Origin: Candidatus Rokuibacteriota bacterium
GTDB lineage: Bacteria > Methylomirabilota > Methylomirabilia > Rokubacteriales > CSP1-6
Direction of reading: 5' to 3'
Assembly: GCA_016184125.1 (NCBI GenBank)
Contig: JACPDG010000066.1
Coordinates: forward strand, 1,145 to 65,144
DNA length: 64,000 nucleotides
This document shows, piece by piece, positions 43,013 to 54,349 of this stretch (position 1 is its first letter; each line of letters begins with the position of its first letter). Both the position numbers and the translations under genes were made by a program. The notes under the pieces are model-generated. The model searched no databases, was not told the origin of the DNA, and saw only the letters and a list, made by a program, of their open reading frames with translations.

Positions 43013-45970
43013 CTACGCGTGTCCCCTGCCCGGGCGGCCGGGCTCGGCGTGTTCGCGGACGACCTTCTTCAGGTACGTGACCGAGGGGCGGGTGCCGAGC
43101 TCGTCGAGGACGTGATACGCGCGGGGCGAGTGCGAGAGCTCCGTGACCTGGCTGCCCTCGTCCTTGAGGTTGCCGAAGGTGATCGCGCCGGTCGGGCACG
43201 TCTGCTGGCACGCGGTCATGATGTCGCCGTCCTTCACCGTGCGCTTCTCGTCGCGCGCACGATCCTTGCCGGCGATGATCCGCTGCACGCACATCGTGCA
43301 CTTCTCCATGATGCCGAGCTGGCGCACCGTCACGTCCGGGTTGAGCTGGACCTCGAGCGGCGACGGGAACTCGTAGAGGTACCAGTTGAAGCGCCGCACG
43401 TGATACGGGCAGTTGTTGCCGCAGTAGCGCGTGCCGACGCAGCGGTTGTAGACCTGCCCGTTGAGCCCTTCCTCGGTGCGATACGCCGCGAACACCGGAC
43501 AGACCGGCTCGCACGGCGCGACCTCGCAGTGCTGGCAGAACATCGGCAGGAACGCGTTCCCGGGCTCCGCCGCCGTGCCTTCCGCCCACCGCTCGATGCG
43601 CAGCCAGTGGAGCTGCCGGCCGTAGGCGGCCTGCGCCTTGCCGACGATGGGCACGTTGTTCTCGGCCTGGCACGCGACGGCGCACGCCTGGCAGCCGAGA
43701 CAGGCGTCGACGTCGACGGTCATGCCCCAGCGATAACCCGGGTACTGCTGGTCGGGATAGAGGCTGGGCACCTGGTGCAGCCCCGTGCCGCCCCTGAGCG
43801 CCTGCTCGCGCGCGCTCTTGAGGCCGACGTGCCGGACGAGCTCGCGGTCGTCCTGATCGTGCGTCGCCTGAAGGACCGCGAGCGGCCGGCGGGCGCCGGT
43901 CTTCGTGAGCGTCACGCGGACACCGAGATACGGCAGCGCGCCCGACGCCTGGTCCGGCGTCCCGCCGAGCAGCGCCACCGGGTTCATCGACGTCGGGGCG
44001 GGCGCGACGTACGGGCGCGACTCGCGCATGTTGAAGCCGCCGGCGGCGACGTGGTACGGCACGTAGCGGTGCCCGATCGGGATGGCGACCGTCTTCGGGT
44101 CGATGGTCGACGAGACGTACGCGGGCAGTTCCAGCGTGCCGTGCGGCGACGACACGCGCACGACGTCGCCGCGTGAAACGCCGAGGCGCTTCGCGGCATC
44201 CTCGGGCACCTCGACCCACGCGTCCCACACCGCCTGCGTCATCGTGTCCGGCATTTCCTGGAGCCACGAGGCGCCGGCGCTGCGACCGTCGTAGAACCGG
44301 AACGACGGGTACGCGATGAGCGTGAAGCCGTTGGCGTCGCCCTCGAGCTCCGGCGGCACGGCGTCGACCGGAGCCGGCTTCGCCGCGACGGCGGCGGGCG
44401 CCACGTCCTTCCAGACGCCACCCTGCTGGAGCACGGCCCCCCAGTTCGGTCCCACGCGCGGCTCCCACTCCGCCCGGACGAATGCCTCGAAGCTGGGCCA
44501 CGGCAGCGGCCCCTTGCCCTCCTCGCTGCCGAGCACCGCGCGCGCGACCTGGATCAGCGTCGTGCCCCACGCGCGCGCATCGCGGATCGGGCTCATCGTC
44601 GGCTGCATGAGACCGACGACGCCTTCGCGCGGCGAGTAGTCACCCCAGGACTCGAGCCAGTGGACGTCCGGGAGGATCAGGTGAGCGAGCGCGGTCGTCT
44701 CGTTCGGCTGGTTCGAGAAGCTCACGACCATGCCGACCTTGCGCGCGGCGTCGGCGAACTTCACGCCGCCGGGCAGCGTGAAGGCCGGGTTGACGTTCGG
44801 GCCGAGGAGCAGGAGCTCGATCTCGCCGGCCGCCATCGCCCGAGTGAGCGCGGCGACGTCCGCGTACGGCGTGACCTTGCCGTACGCCGAGTCGGGGCCG
44901 AACCGGACCGTCTTGCCGACGTTCCCCGTCGCCGCATTGAGGAGATTGATCGCGGTCAGCGTGGCGACGGCGTGGCTGCCGGTGACGGCGACTCCTCCGC
45001 CGACCGCGAGGCCCGGCTTCGCGTGGCCGAACGCCTCGGCGATGTGCTCGAGGCGATCGACCGGCACGCCACTCGTCTCGGCGACCTTCGCGACGTCGAC
45101 GTTCGCGACCGCCGGCGCGAATGCGCGGTCGGCGGCGCCGGCCTCGATCAGCAGCTTGAGGACGGCGAGCGCGACGAGGCCTTCCGTCCCCGGGACGTTG
45201 CGCACCCACTCGTCGGCGTTCGCGGCGGTCAGCGACTGCCGCGGCTCGACGTGGATGAACGTCCCGGTCCTGCCTTCCTTGAACGCGTGCATCCGCGCGA
45301 AGCCGCGTGCGTACGCGACGTTCGAGATCCACGTCTCGATGAAGTCCGCGCCGAACGACAGCACGACCTCCGCGTCCTCGAAGGCGTGGTACGGGATCGC
45401 ATCCCGGTTGAAGACCGCGCGGTTCGCCGCGCGGACCGCCTCGTAGCCGTACGGCTCGAACGCCACGCGCGGACGCGTGCCCATCGCCTGGGCCCAGCGG
45501 TCGAGCAGCGCGCCGAGGCTGCCGTTCTCGAGCTGCGAGACGACGGCGATCGCCTTGCCGTTGCCCGCCTGGCGCAGGGCCAGCACCGTGTCGGTGAGCG
45601 CCTTGACGCCGTCCTCCCACGCGACCGAGCGCAGCGCGTTGCCCTCTCGGCGCTGCGGACCCGCGAAGCGGTCGGGGTGATAGAGCGTCTGGAGCGCGGC
45701 CTGGCCCCGGGCGCAGAGCGCGCCGCGGTTCACCGGATGGTCCGGGTTCCCCTCGAGCTTGACGACGCGGCCCTCGCGGTTCCGCGCGAGCACCCCGCAT
45801 CCCGCGGGGCACTCGCGGCAAACCGTCGCGAACCACGAGGCGACGCCGGGGACGACCTGCTCGTTCGGCACCACGAGCGGCAGGATCTTCTCGGCGGCGC
45901 CCTGGCAGCCCGCCGTCGCAGCCGCCGCCGTCGTCGTCGTCAGGACCTTGAAGAAGTCGCGTCGATTCAT
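43013..45970 (-). CDS. actB: alternative complex III subunit B (molybdopterin-oxidoreductase-like + Fe-S)
   Basis: Tat NRRDFFK, EGNPDHP, CLGCQACAVAC, CQHC..APC..VCP, CVGTRYC.NNCPY. Confidence 0.88.
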   Translation of the reverse strand: MNRRDFFKVLTTTTAAAATAGCQGAAEKILPLVVPNEQVVPGVASWFATVCRECPAGCGVLARNREGRVVKLEGNPDHPVNRGALCARGQAALQTLYHPDRFAGPQRREGNALRSVAWEDGVKALTDTVLALRQAGNGKAIAVVSQLENGSLGALLDRWAQAMGTRPRVAFEPYGYEAVRAANRAVFNRDAIPYHAFEDAEVVLSFGADFIETWISNVAYARGFARMHAFKEGRTGTFIHVEPRQSLTAANADEWVRNVPGTEGLVALAVLKLLIEAGAADRAFAPAVANVDVAKVAETSGVPVDRLEHIAEAFGHAKPGLAVGGGVAVTGSHAVATLTAINLLNAATGNVGKTVRFGPDSAYGKVTPYADVAALTRAMAAGEIELLLLGPNVNPAFTLPGGVKFADAARKVGMVVSFSNQPNETTALAHLILPDVHWLESWGDYSPREGVVGLMQPTMSPIRDARAWGTTLIQVARAVLGSEEGKGPLPWPSFEAFVRAEWEPRVGPNWGAVLQQGGVWKDVAPAAVAAKPAPVDAVPPELEGDANGFTLIAYPSFRFYDGRSAGASWLQEMPDTMTQAVWDAWVEVPEDAAKRLGVSRGDVVRVSSPHGTLELPAYVSSTIDPKTVAIPIGHRYVPYHVAAGGFNMRESRPYVAPAPTSMNPVALLGGTPDQASGALPYLGVRVTLTKTGARRPLAVLQATHDQDDRELVRHVGLKSAREQALRGGTGLHQVPSLYPDQQYPGYRWGMTVDVDACLGCQACAVACQAENNVPIVGKAQAAYGRQLHWLRIERWAEGTAAEPGNAFLPMFCQHCEVAPCEPVCPVFAAYRTEEGLNGQVYNRCVGTRYCGNNCPYHVRRFNWYLYEFPSPLEVQLNPDVTVRQLGIMEKCTMCVQRIIAGKDRARDEKRTVKDGDIMTACQQTCPTGAITFGNLKDEGSQVTELSHSPRAYHVLDELGTRPSVTYLKKVVREHAEPGRPGRGHA

Positions 45971-46563
45971 CAGTGGTGGCAGGCGACGCAGTCGAGCGGC
46001 GCCTTCATGTCCTTCTTCGTCCGGTTCTGCTCGCGATGGCAGGCGAGGCACCACCCCATCGACAGCGGCGGGGCGCCCGGCCGCATCCCCGCGACGTGCA
46101 GCAGGTCGTTGGCGAGCTGCGGGCCCGTCGTCGCGGACACCGTCGTCATCTCCTCGACCTTCCCGTGGCAGTCCTGGCACTTGATGTCGGCCCGGACGTG
46201 CGCCTTGTGCGGGAAGTACGTGAACTCGGGCATCTTGTAGATGCGCACCCACGGGATCGGCTCGCCCCGCTGCGCGTAGGCCGCGAGCTTCTGGATCTCG
46301 GGCCGATCAGCGGCCGTGATCTTGTGACAGCCCATGCAGCGCGTGACGGACGGCAGCCCGGCGTACTCGGAGCGCCGCGCCTCGGTGTGGCAGTACTTGC
46401 AGTCGAGCTTGTACTGCTGCACGTGCACGTTGTGCGGGAAGCTGATCGGCTGCTCCGCTACCTTGGCCGCAGCGGGCTGGCGACTCCACGTCGAGAGCGC
46501 CAGCGAGAGGAGGATGGCGAGGAGCACAGCCCCGAGCACTCCAACGCCTGCTTTTGACGTCAT
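45970..46563 (-). CDS. actA: alternative complex III pentaheme cytochrome c subunit A
   Basis: Five CxxCH (CKYCH, CMGCH, CQDCH, CLACH, CVACH), QPISFPH, LSMGWC. Confidence 0.88.
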   Translation of the reverse strand: MTSKAGVGVLGAVLLAILLSLALSTWSRQPAAAKVAEQPISFPHNVHVQQYKLDCKYCHTEARRSEYAGLPSVTRCMGCHKITAADRPEIQKLAAYAQRGEPIPWVRIYKMPEFTYFPHKAHVRADIKCQDCHGKVEEMTTVSATTGPQLANDLLHVAGMRPGAPPLSMGWCLACHREQNRTKKDMKAPLDCVACHH

Positions 46564-46663
46564 CGGACGCGGACAATCCTCCGGATATCAGAGCGGCTTG
46601 CGAATCTGGGCACGCGACCCGCGAGATGCTACCACAACCGTTCGAGCGCGCAACCGACATCGA

Positions 46664-46948
46664 TCATGGGGGGACTATCGAAGCCCCCCATACCCCCCGC
46701 GCGCGGAGCGCCCCGGCCCAGCCGTGGCGCTCCTCGACCACCCGCTTCCTTCATGGGGGGACCATCGCTGCCCCCAAACCCCCCGCGCTCGCGCCCCGGG
46801 ATACCCAGGGATACCAGGGGCGCGGCTCGAGCCCCCAACCCCCGCGCCATCGAGGGCCGTCCCGGGGTTCACGGGTGCGTCCGCGCACCCCCCGGGACGG
46901 GCTCCGAGCGCTGGGGGGTGTGGGGGGCCATGTCGGGGCCCCCCATGA
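46664..46948. repeat. cluster of three two-hairpin repeats (j +, k +, l -)
   Basis: j ends ...CCTTCAT, which is the start of k; l carries the 18-bp hairpin at 46873-46890. Confidence 0.85.
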
Positions 46949-46950
46949 TC

Positions 46951-48228
46951 TCAGACGGCCGCGAGCGCTTCCGTCGCCGCGCGTGCCGCGGCCTCGATGT
47001 CGTCGGGCGAGTGCGCCAGCGAGACGAACGCGGCCTCGAACTGCGAGGGCGCCAGGTAGACCCCACGCTCGAGCATGCCGTGGAAAAACCGCGCGTACCG
47101 CGTCGTGTCCGCCGTCTTCGCCGACGCGTAATCACGGACCGCGGTCGACGTGAAGAACCCGGTCAGCATCGAGCCGACGCGGTTCACGGTGGCGGGCACG
47201 CGCGCCTTCTCCGCTGCGGCCACCAGCCCGCGCTCGAGATCGGCGCCGAGACGCTCGAGCCGCTCGTACACGCCCGGCGCCTGGAGCGCTCGCAGCGCGG
47301 CCGTGCCGGCCGCCACCGCCAGCGGGTTCCCGGACAGCGTCCCCGCCTGGTAGACGGGCCCCAGCGGGGCGACGCGCTCCATCACGTCGCGGCGGCCACC
47401 GTACGCGCCGACCGGAAGCCCGGCGCCGATGATCTTGCCGAGGCAGGTGAGGTCCGCGCGCACACCGAAGCGCTCCTGCGCACCACCGTAGGCCACCCGG
47501 AAGCCGGTGATGACCTCGTCGAAGATGAGCAGCGCGCCGTGGCGCGCCGTCACGTTGCGGAGGCCGTCGAGAAAGCCCGGCAGGGGCGGCACGACGCCCA
47601 TGTTGCCGGCGACGGGCTCGATGATGATGGCCGCGACGCGATCGCCCTGCGCCCGGAACAGGTCGCGCGCGGCGTCCAGGTCGTTGTACCCGAGCGTCAC
47701 GGTGAGCTCCGCGAGCGCGGCGGGGACGCCCGCGCTGTCCGGGACGCCGAACGTCGCGCCGCCGGAGCCCGCCTTGACGAGCAGGCTGTCCGCGTGGCCG
47801 TGGTATCCGCCCTCGAACTTCACGATCACGTCACGCCCGGTGAACCCGCGCGCGACACGGATCGCGCTCATCGCCGCCTCCGTGCCCGAGCTCACGAGCC
47901 GCACGAGCTCCATCGACGGGAACGCGCGCGTGATCATCTCCGCGAGCTCCAGCTCCCCGGGCGTCGGGGCCCCGTAGCTGGTCCCTCGCCGCGCGGCCTC
48001 CGTCACCGCCTCCACGACGGCCGGGGCCGCGTGCCCGAGGATCAACGGCCCCCAGGAGCCGACGAAGTCGATGTAGCTCCGCCCGTCGACGTCCGTGAGG
48101 CGGGAGCCCTCCGCGCGCTCGACGAAGAACGGCTCGCCGCCGACGCCGCGGAACGCGCGCACGGGACTGTTCACGCCGCCCGGGATGACGCGCATGGACC
48201 GGGCGAAGAGACTCGAGGACCGGGTCAT
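46951..48228 (-). CDS. hemL: glutamate-1-semialdehyde 2,1-aminomutase
   Basis: [44 protein letters not shown]. Confidence 0.97.
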   Translation of the reverse strand: MTRSSSLFARSMRVIPGGVNSPVRAFRGVGGEPFFVERAEGSRLTDVDGRSYIDFVGSWGPLILGHAAPAVVEAVTEAARRGTSYGAPTPGELELAEMITRAFPSMELVRLVSSGTEAAMSAIRVARGFTGRDVIVKFEGGYHGHADSLLVKAGSGGATFGVPDSAGVPAALAELTVTLGYNDLDAARDLFRAQGDRVAAIIIEPVAGNMGVVPPLPGFLDGLRNVTARHGALLIFDEVITGFRVAYGGAQERFGVRADLTCLGKIIGAGLPVGAYGGRRDVMERVAPLGPVYQAGTLSGNPLAVAAGTAALRALQAPGVYERLERLGADLERGLVAAAEKARVPATVNRVGSMLTGFFTSTAVRDYASAKTADTTRYARFFHGMLERGVYLAPSQFEAAFVSLAHSPDDIEAAARAATEALAAV

Positions 48229-48704
48229 GGACATCCCTCCGGTGTGACGGGGAGCGCGAGCCCGACGTCCACGGCGGCGAAGTCGCGGGCCGCGGCATCC
48301 CAGCGGAACGCGGCCACGCCCTCGGGACGCCCGGCGCGGACCGACGTGACCACGTACGTGGTGTCCGGATACGCGGGCTCGTCCACCACGAGCGCCCGCG
48401 CCCGGTCCGTCTCCGAGAAGTACGCTCCGGCATCGGCATGGGAGTGGTAGATGACGGCGATGCTGAACCCCTCGCCCTCCAGGCGCCCGATGCGCAGCAG
48501 GTCGAGCGGATCGATGTAGTACGCGGTGCGCGCGTCGCGGGGATGGCGCACGGGGTCGCGGCCGTGCAGGTCGTCCTGGATGTTGCGGCACCGGATCACG
48601 CGCCGCTCGTCGCCGCGCGCGACAATCACGCCGCACGACTCGCGCGGGTACTCGCGCACAGCGTGCTCGACGAGCGCCGCGAGCTCGTCGGGCGTGAGGA
48701 TCAT
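48225..48704 (-). CDS. JAMM/MPN+ (Mec-like) metallopeptidase
   Basis: YPRESCG, IYHSH.D..AYFS.TD. Confidence 0.88.
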   Translation of the reverse strand: MILTPDELAALVEHAVREYPRESCGVIVARGDERRVIRCRNIQDDLHGRDPVRHPRDARTAYYIDPLDLLRIGRLEGEGFSIAVIYHSHADAGAYFSETDRARALVVDEPAYPDTTYVVTSVRAGRPEGVAAFRWDAAARDFAAVDVGLALPVTPEGCP

Positions 48705-48979
48705 CGACCGCCGGCTAAGGCTGGAATGATCGCGACCTCGTCGCCGTCGCGGAGTCGCGTCCCGAGGCCGTCGCGGTCCTCGATCGCCTCGTTGTTGACG
48801 TAGATGTTCACGTGGGGATGGACGTCGCCCTGCTCGTTGCGGACCAGCCCTTTCAGATCCGTGTACGTCGTCTCGAGCCGGTCGAGCAGCTGACCGACGT
48901 CGCCCGCTTCCAGGTCGACGCGGCCACGGTTGCCGGTCGCACGGCGGAACGGCGTCGGGATGTACACCGTGACAGGCAT
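48701..48979 (-). CDS. ThiS/MoaD/CysO-like sulfur carrier ending AGG-R
   Basis: [29 protein letters not shown]. Confidence 0.88.
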   Translation of the reverse strand: MPVTVYIPTPFRRATGNRGRVDLEAGDVGQLLDRLETTYTDLKGLVRNEQGDVHPHVNIYVNNEAIEDRDGLGTRLRDGDEVAIIPALAGGR

Positions 48980-48987
48980 GGCGCCTC

Positions 48988-49896
48988 CTACCCCAGACTG
49001 AGATACCGCTCGCCGGTGTCCGGCAAGACGGTGACGACGAGCTTGCCGGCGCCGAGCCGCCCGGCGACCTGGCATGCGGCGAACGCGGCCGCGCCGGCGG
49101 AGATGCCGACGAGGAGACCTTCCTCTCGTGCCAGCCGGCGCGACCAGCCGACCGCATCGTCGTCGCGCACGAGGATGATCTCGTCGATGATCTTTCGGTT
49201 CAGCACGCCGGGCACGAACGAGGCGCCGATCCCCTGGATGCCGTGCGGCCGCGCCTTCCCGCCCGACAGGACCGGAGACCGTGCCGGCTCGACGGCCACC
49301 ACGCGCACCCCGGGGACCCGGTCCTTCAGCACTTCGCCCACGCCCGTGAGGGTCCCGCCGGTGCCGACGCCCGCGACGAACGCATCGACGCGGCCGTCGA
49401 CGGCATCCAGAATCTCGAGCGCCGTCGTGCGCCGGTGAACGTCGGGGTTCGCCGGGTTCTCGAACTGCTGCGGGATGAAGTACTCGGGATGCTCGCGGAG
49501 GAGCTCCTGCGCCGCGTGAACCGCGCCGGTCATGCCTTCGATGGCGGGCGTCAGGTACAGCTCGGCGCCGAAGCGCGCGAGCAGGCGCTGTCGCTCGACG
49601 CTCATGTCGTCCGGCATGGTCAGGATCAGCCGGTAGCCCTTCACGGCAGCCGCCATGGCGAGACCGATGCCCGTGTTGCCGCTCGTCGGCTCCACGATGG
49701 TCGCGCCCGGCCGGAGCACGCCCCGGCGCTCGGCGTCCTCGATCATCGCGAGCGCGATCCGGTCCTTCACGCTCCCGCCCGGATTGAGCGATTCGACCTT
49801 CGCGAGGATCTCCGCGCTGCCGGGCTTCGGCAGCCGGTTCAGGCGGACGAGCGGCGTGTGGCCGATGAGCTCGAGGACGTTGGCCGCGACCTTCAC
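48988..49896 (-). CDS. cysK: cysteine synthase
   Basis: [40 protein letters not shown]. Confidence 0.93.
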   Translation of the reverse strand: MKVAANVLELIGHTPLVRLNRLPKPGSAEILAKVESLNPGGSVKDRIALAMIEDAERRGVLRPGATIVEPTSGNTGIGLAMAAAVKGYRLILTMPDDMSVERQRLLARFGAELYLTPAIEGMTGAVHAAQELLREHPEYFIPQQFENPANPDVHRRTTALEILDAVDGRVDAFVAGVGTGGTLTGVGEVLKDRVPGVRVVAVEPARSPVLSGGKARPHGIQGIGASFVPGVLNRKIIDEIILVRDDDAVGWSRRLAREEGLLVGISAGAAAFAACQVAGRLGAGKLVVTVLPDTGERYLSLG

Positions 49897-49906
49897 GGGG
49901 GTGTCC

Positions 49907-50341
49907 TCATATGTGGTACATCATCCGGCCCGCGCCCACGCGCTCCGCCGCGCGGCTCGCGAGCTCGCCGAACGTCAGCCGATCGACCACCGACGACACC
50001 GCCTCGGAGATCTCCGTCCAGAGCTCGGCGAGATCCTGACCGTTGCGGTTCGGCTTGCGCCCGCCCAGCGCCTCGAACGCGGACGCGCCCTCCACGGCCC
50101 GGAGCACGTCGCCGACGGTGATGTCCTCCGGCGGGCGCGTCAGGTGGTAGCCGCCCGCGGAGCCTCGCTTCGACCGCACGAGCCCTCCGCGCTTGAGCGC
50201 GATCAGCACCTGCTCGAGATAGCGCTGCGGGATCCCCTGGCGGGCCGCGATCTCCTGGATGGGCACGAGCCCGACCTCGGGGTGCATCGCGAGGTCGAGG
50301 ACCGCCTTGATCGCGTACTCGCTCTTGGCCGAGATCCGCAT
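49907..50341 (-). CDS. Rrf2 family regulator (CymR-like, no Fe-S cysteines)
   Basis: EIA.RQ.IP..YLEQV, S.RG..GGY.L; no Cys triad. Confidence 0.88.
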   Translation of the reverse strand: MRISAKSEYAIKAVLDLAMHPEVGLVPIQEIAARQGIPQRYLEQVLIALKRGGLVRSKRGSAGGYHLTRPPEDITVGDVLRAVEGASAFEALGGRKPNRNGQDLAELWTEISEAVSSVVDRLTFGELASRAAERVGAGRMMYHI

Positions 50342-50355
50342 GGCGCGCAGACGGG

Positions 50356-51345
50356 CTAGCGGAGCCCGCGGTCGCGCTCCAGCACGCGCGCCACGTCCTT
50401 CGCGAAGTAGGTGATCACGATGTCGGCGCCCGCGCGACGGATCGCGGTCAGCGCCTCCAGCATCGCGCGCTCCTCGTCGAGCCAGCCGAGCTTGCCGGCG
50501 GCCTTGATCATCGCGTACTCACCGGACACCGAGTACGCGGCGACGGGCAGCCCGAACTCGTTCTTCGCCCGCGAGATGATGTCGAGGTACGCCAGCGCGG
50601 GCTTCACCATCACGAGGTCCGCGCCCTCGTCGACGTCGAGCGCGATCTCGCGCATCGCCTCGAGCGCGTTCGCCGGGTCCATCTGGTACGACCGCCGGTC
50701 GCCGAACTGCGGCGACGAGTCCGCGGCTTCCCGGAACGGCCCGTAGAACGCGGACGCGTACTTCGCGGAGTACGCCATGATCGGCGTCTCCAGGTAGTTC
50801 GCGTCGTCGAGCGCCTCGCGGATCGCCGCCACGCGCCCGTCCATCATGTCGGACGGAGCCACCATGTCGGCGCCCGCCTCGGCGTGCGACACTGCCACGC
50901 GCGCGAGCAGGTCCAGCGTCGGGTCGTTCTTCACGCTGCCGTTCTCGACGACGCCGCAGTGGCCGTGGCTGGTGTACTGGCACAGGCACACGTCGGTGAT
51001 GACGAGCAGGTCGGGCACGGTGTCCTTGACCGCCCGGACCGCCTGCTGCACGATCCCGTCGTCCGCGTACGCCTCGCTGCCCCGCGGGTCCTTCTCCTCC
51101 GGCAGCCCGAACAGGATGACCGCCGGGATGCCCATCCCGGCGACGTCCTTCACGTCCTTCACGAGCTCGTCGACGGTCAGCCGATACTGCCCGGGCATCG
51201 AGCCGATGGGCTCCCGGACGCCGCGCCCGTGGATCGCGAACATCGGATAGACGAGGTCCTGCAGGTCGAGGCGGGTCTCGCGGACCATCGTCCTGAGCAG
51301 CGCCTTCTCGCGCAGTCGTCGGGGGCGGAACACCGGATGTGCCAT
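50356..51345 (-). CDS. hemB: porphobilinogen synthase
   Basis: [37 protein letters not shown]. Confidence 0.97.
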   Translation of the reverse strand: MAHPVFRPRRLREKALLRTMVRETRLDLQDLVYPMFAIHGRGVREPIGSMPGQYRLTVDELVKDVKDVAGMGIPAVILFGLPEEKDPRGSEAYADDGIVQQAVRAVKDTVPDLLVITDVCLCQYTSHGHCGVVENGSVKNDPTLDLLARVAVSHAEAGADMVAPSDMMDGRVAAIREALDDANYLETPIMAYSAKYASAFYGPFREAADSSPQFGDRRSYQMDPANALEAMREIALDVDEGADLVMVKPALAYLDIISRAKNEFGLPVAAYSVSGEYAMIKAAGKLGWLDEERAMLEALTAIRRAGADIVITYFAKDVARVLERDRGLR

Positions 51346-51346
51346 C

Positions 51347-52153
51347 TCAGCCACTCCTTTGCTCGAAATGAGCCTCGATCGCCCGGACGAGCGCCGGGAT
51401 CGTGTACTCGACCGGCATCACGTGACTCGTCAGACCGTACTCCGCGGCGGTCGCGGCCGTGATCGGCCCGATCGCGGCGATCGTCACGCCGGCGAGCCAC
51501 GCACGCCGCTCGTCCTCCGTGAAGAGCTCGGCGAAGTGCCGCGCCGTGGACGAGCTCGTGAGCGTCACGACGTCGACCCGCCGCGCCGCCACGGCCTCGC
51601 GCACCCGCGCCGCGGCGTCCTCCACCCGGCGCGTGACGTACGCGGCCACTTCGCGGACGACGGCGCCCAGGGCCTCCAGCTGGCGCACGAGGACGTCGCG
51701 CGTGCGCGCCGCCCGCGGCAGCAGCACATGATCGCCGGGCGCGAGCTCGGCGCGCAGGCCGTCGGCGAGCGACTCGGCGCGGTACTCCTCGGGCACGAGG
51801 GCCACGGGCACGTCGTGCTCGCGCAGCGCCCCGGCCGTCGCCGGGCCGATGGCGGCGACGCGTCGCGCGGCGATCGCGCTCCACGGGATGCCGAGCGCCT
51901 CGAGGCGCCGGCCGACCATCGCGACGCCGTTGACGCTCGTGAACACGACCCACCGGAAGCGCTCGATCTCGCCGAGCGCGGCATCGAGCGGCTCCCAGGA
52001 TGGCGGCGGCTCGATCGCGATGGTCGGCGCCTCCAGCACGTCCGCACCGGCGGCCTCGAGCAGCGACCGGAGCGACGCAGCCTGGCTCGCCGCGCGCGTG
52101 ATCGCGACGGTGCGCCCGGCGAGGGGTCCGCTCCGCGTGGTCGCGGCGCTCAT
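51347..52153 (-). CDS. hemD: uroporphyrinogen-III synthase
   Basis: [27 protein letters not shown]. Confidence 0.9.
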   Translation of the reverse strand: MSAATTRSGPLAGRTVAITRAASQAASLRSLLEAAGADVLEAPTIAIEPPPSWEPLDAALGEIERFRWVVFTSVNGVAMVGRRLEALGIPWSAIAARRVAAIGPATAGALREHDVPVALVPEEYRAESLADGLRAELAPGDHVLLPRAARTRDVLVRQLEALGAVVREVAAYVTRRVEDAAARVREAVAARRVDVVTLTSSSTARHFAELFTEDERRAWLAGVTIAAIGPITAATAAEYGLTSHVMPVEYTIPALVRAIEAHFEQRSG

Positions 52154-53067
52154 CGTCCTGCCTCGGGCCTGAGCGCGACGACCGAGGCCGCGCCGCGTTC
52201 CAGCAGCGTGTCGGCGAGCGTGCGGCCCAGCTCGGTCGCCCGCGCGGGATCCCCGCTCGTGCTCGCGCGCAGCACCTGCCGGCCGTCCTCGCTCGCCACG
52301 ACACCGGTGACGTGGAGCGTGCCGCGGTCGAGGCGCGCGTACGCGCCCATCGGCGTCACGCACGAGGCGCCGAGGCGCGCGAGATACGCGCGCTCCGCGG
52401 ACGCGCAGCTGCGGCTCGTCGGATCGTCCAGCCGTCCCAGCCACCCGAGCGTCTCCGCGTCGTCGTCGCGTGCCTCGATCCCGATGATCCCCTGGCCGAC
52501 GGCGGGCACGAAGACCTCGGGATCGAGCGGCTCGGCGTGCTCGAGCGCGAGCCCGAGCCGGCGGATCCCGGCGGCCGCCAGCACGATCGCGTCCCAGCCC
52601 TCGGAATCGAGCTTCCTGAGCCGCGTGTCGACGTTGCCCCGCACCGGCTCGATGCGGAGATCCGGGCGCACCGCCAGCAGCATCGCGCGGCGGCGAGGGC
52701 TCGAGGTCCCGACGACCGCACCCTGTCCGAGCGCCGCGACACCGCCCCCCTGCCGGGTGACGAGCACGTCGCGGGGATCCTCGCGCTCGGGATACGCCGC
52801 CATCGTGAGGCCTGCCGGCACCTCCGCCGGCAAGTCCTTGAGGCTGTGCACCGCGATGTCGATCTCCTTGCGGAGGAGCGCCTGCTCGATGTCGCGCACG
52901 AAGAGCCCCTTGCCGCCGATGTCGGCCAGCCGCTTCTCCACGAGGCGATCGCCCTCCGTCCGCATCGGCACGAGCTCCACCGTCGCGCCGAGGTCGCGCA
53001 GCCGTGTCGCCATCGCGTTCGCCTGCGCGAGCGCCAGCGGGCTCGAGCGCGTCCCGAGACGGATCAC
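52150..53067 (-). CDS. hemC: hydroxymethylbilane synthase
   Basis: GTRSSPLALAQ, GGKGLF, VHSLKD, GTSS.RR, RGNVDTR, LGASC. Confidence 0.96.
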   Translation of the reverse strand: MIRLGTRSSPLALAQANAMATRLRDLGATVELVPMRTEGDRLVEKRLADIGGKGLFVRDIEQALLRKEIDIAVHSLKDLPAEVPAGLTMAAYPEREDPRDVLVTRQGGGVAALGQGAVVGTSSPRRRAMLLAVRPDLRIEPVRGNVDTRLRKLDSEGWDAIVLAAAGIRRLGLALEHAEPLDPEVFVPAVGQGIIGIEARDDDAETLGWLGRLDDPTSRSCASAERAYLARLGASCVTPMGAYARLDRGTLHVTGVVASEDGRQVLRASTSGDPARATELGRTLADTLLERGAASVVALRPEAGR

Positions 53068-54335
53068 GGCTTCCGTCCCAGCCCGAAGAGCTCGTGCACG
53101 AGCTCGGTCCACGAACGGCCGGCGCCCGCGCGCGACGACTCGCGCAGCTTCGTGATCGGCGCGTGCAGGATCTTGTTCACGATGGCCGCCGACAGGGCCT
53201 CGATCGCCTCCCGGGTCTCCGGGGAGCTGTCGCCGAGCCGCCCGAGCGTCTTCTCGACCTCACTCCTGCGGATGGCCTCGAGCCGCTCGCGGAGCGACAC
53301 GATCGTCGGCACGACCTCCGCATCGCGCAGGCGCGCCGAGAACTTCGCGACCTCGCGGTCGACGAGGCTCTCCGCGCGCTGCGCCTCGCGCAGGCGCTCG
53401 CGCAGGTTGGCGTCGACCACCTGGCGCAGGTCGTCGATGTCGTAGCAGTACACGTCGTCGAGCCGGTTCACGTCCGCCTCGACGTCCCGCGGCACCGCGA
53501 TGTCGATGAAGAACAGGGGCCGGCCGCGCCGGTCGCGCATCACGCGCTGGACCATGTCGACGCGGACGAGCGGCTCGCGCGCGCCGGTTGACGTGATCAC
53601 GATGTCCACCGAGCCCATCGCCGCCTCCAGCTCGTCGAACGAGACGGCGGTCCCGCTCAGCGCGCGCGCCATGTCCTGGGCGCGCGCCCACGTCCGGTTG
53701 ACGACGTAGATCGGGAACGCGCCCTGCTCGACGAGGTGGCGCGCGGCCAGTGTCCCCATCTTGCCGGCGCCGACGAGCAGCACCGACTTGCCCTGGAGCC
53801 CCTCGAAGATCTTCTTGGCCAGCTCGACGGCGGCGAACGAGATCGACACCGCGTGGCGCGCGATCTCGGTCTCGGTCCGTACCTTCTTCGCGACGGCGAA
53901 GGCCTGCGTGAAGAGCCGGTGGAGCATCGGGCCGACCGCGGCGGACGCCTGCGCCAGCGCGAAGGCGTCCTTCACCTGTCCGCCGATCTGCGGCTCGCCC
54001 ACGACCATCGAGTCGAGGCTCGACGCCACGCGGAACGCGTGCCGGACCGCGCTGTCCTCCTCGTAGGTGTAGAGGTAGGGCTCGATCTTCGCCGGCTCGA
54101 GCCCGCGATACCGGCAGAGCTGCCGGAACGCCAGCGTCCGCGCCTCCGCGATGACGTCCCCCACGCCGTAGACCTCGACGCGGTTGCACGTCGACAGGAT
54201 CACGACCTCCTCGAGCGGCCCGGCCGTCTGGAGATCGCTCAGGACTTCCCGGAGCTTGTCTTCCTCGACCGCGAGCTGCTCCCGGACGTCGACGGGCGCC
54301 GTCTTGTGCGAGAGCCCCGACACGAACAGGGTCAC
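53064..54335 (-). CDS. hemA: glutamyl-tRNA reductase
   Basis: LSHKTAPV, STCNRVE, SMVVGEPQI, GAGKMG, DIAVPRD. Confidence 0.96.
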   Translation of the reverse strand: MTLFVSGLSHKTAPVDVREQLAVEEDKLREVLSDLQTAGPLEEVVILSTCNRVEVYGVGDVIAEARTLAFRQLCRYRGLEPAKIEPYLYTYEEDSAVRHAFRVASSLDSMVVGEPQIGGQVKDAFALAQASAAVGPMLHRLFTQAFAVAKKVRTETEIARHAVSISFAAVELAKKIFEGLQGKSVLLVGAGKMGTLAARHLVEQGAFPIYVVNRTWARAQDMARALSGTAVSFDELEAAMGSVDIVITSTGAREPLVRVDMVQRVMRDRRGRPLFFIDIAVPRDVEADVNRLDDVYCYDIDDLRQVVDANLRERLREAQRAESLVDREVAKFSARLRDAEVVPTIVSLRERLEAIRRSEVEKTLGRLGDSSPETREAIEALSAAIVNKILHAPITKLRESSRAGAGRSWTELVHELFGLGRKP

Positions 54336-54349
54336 GCGCACACCCGGCG

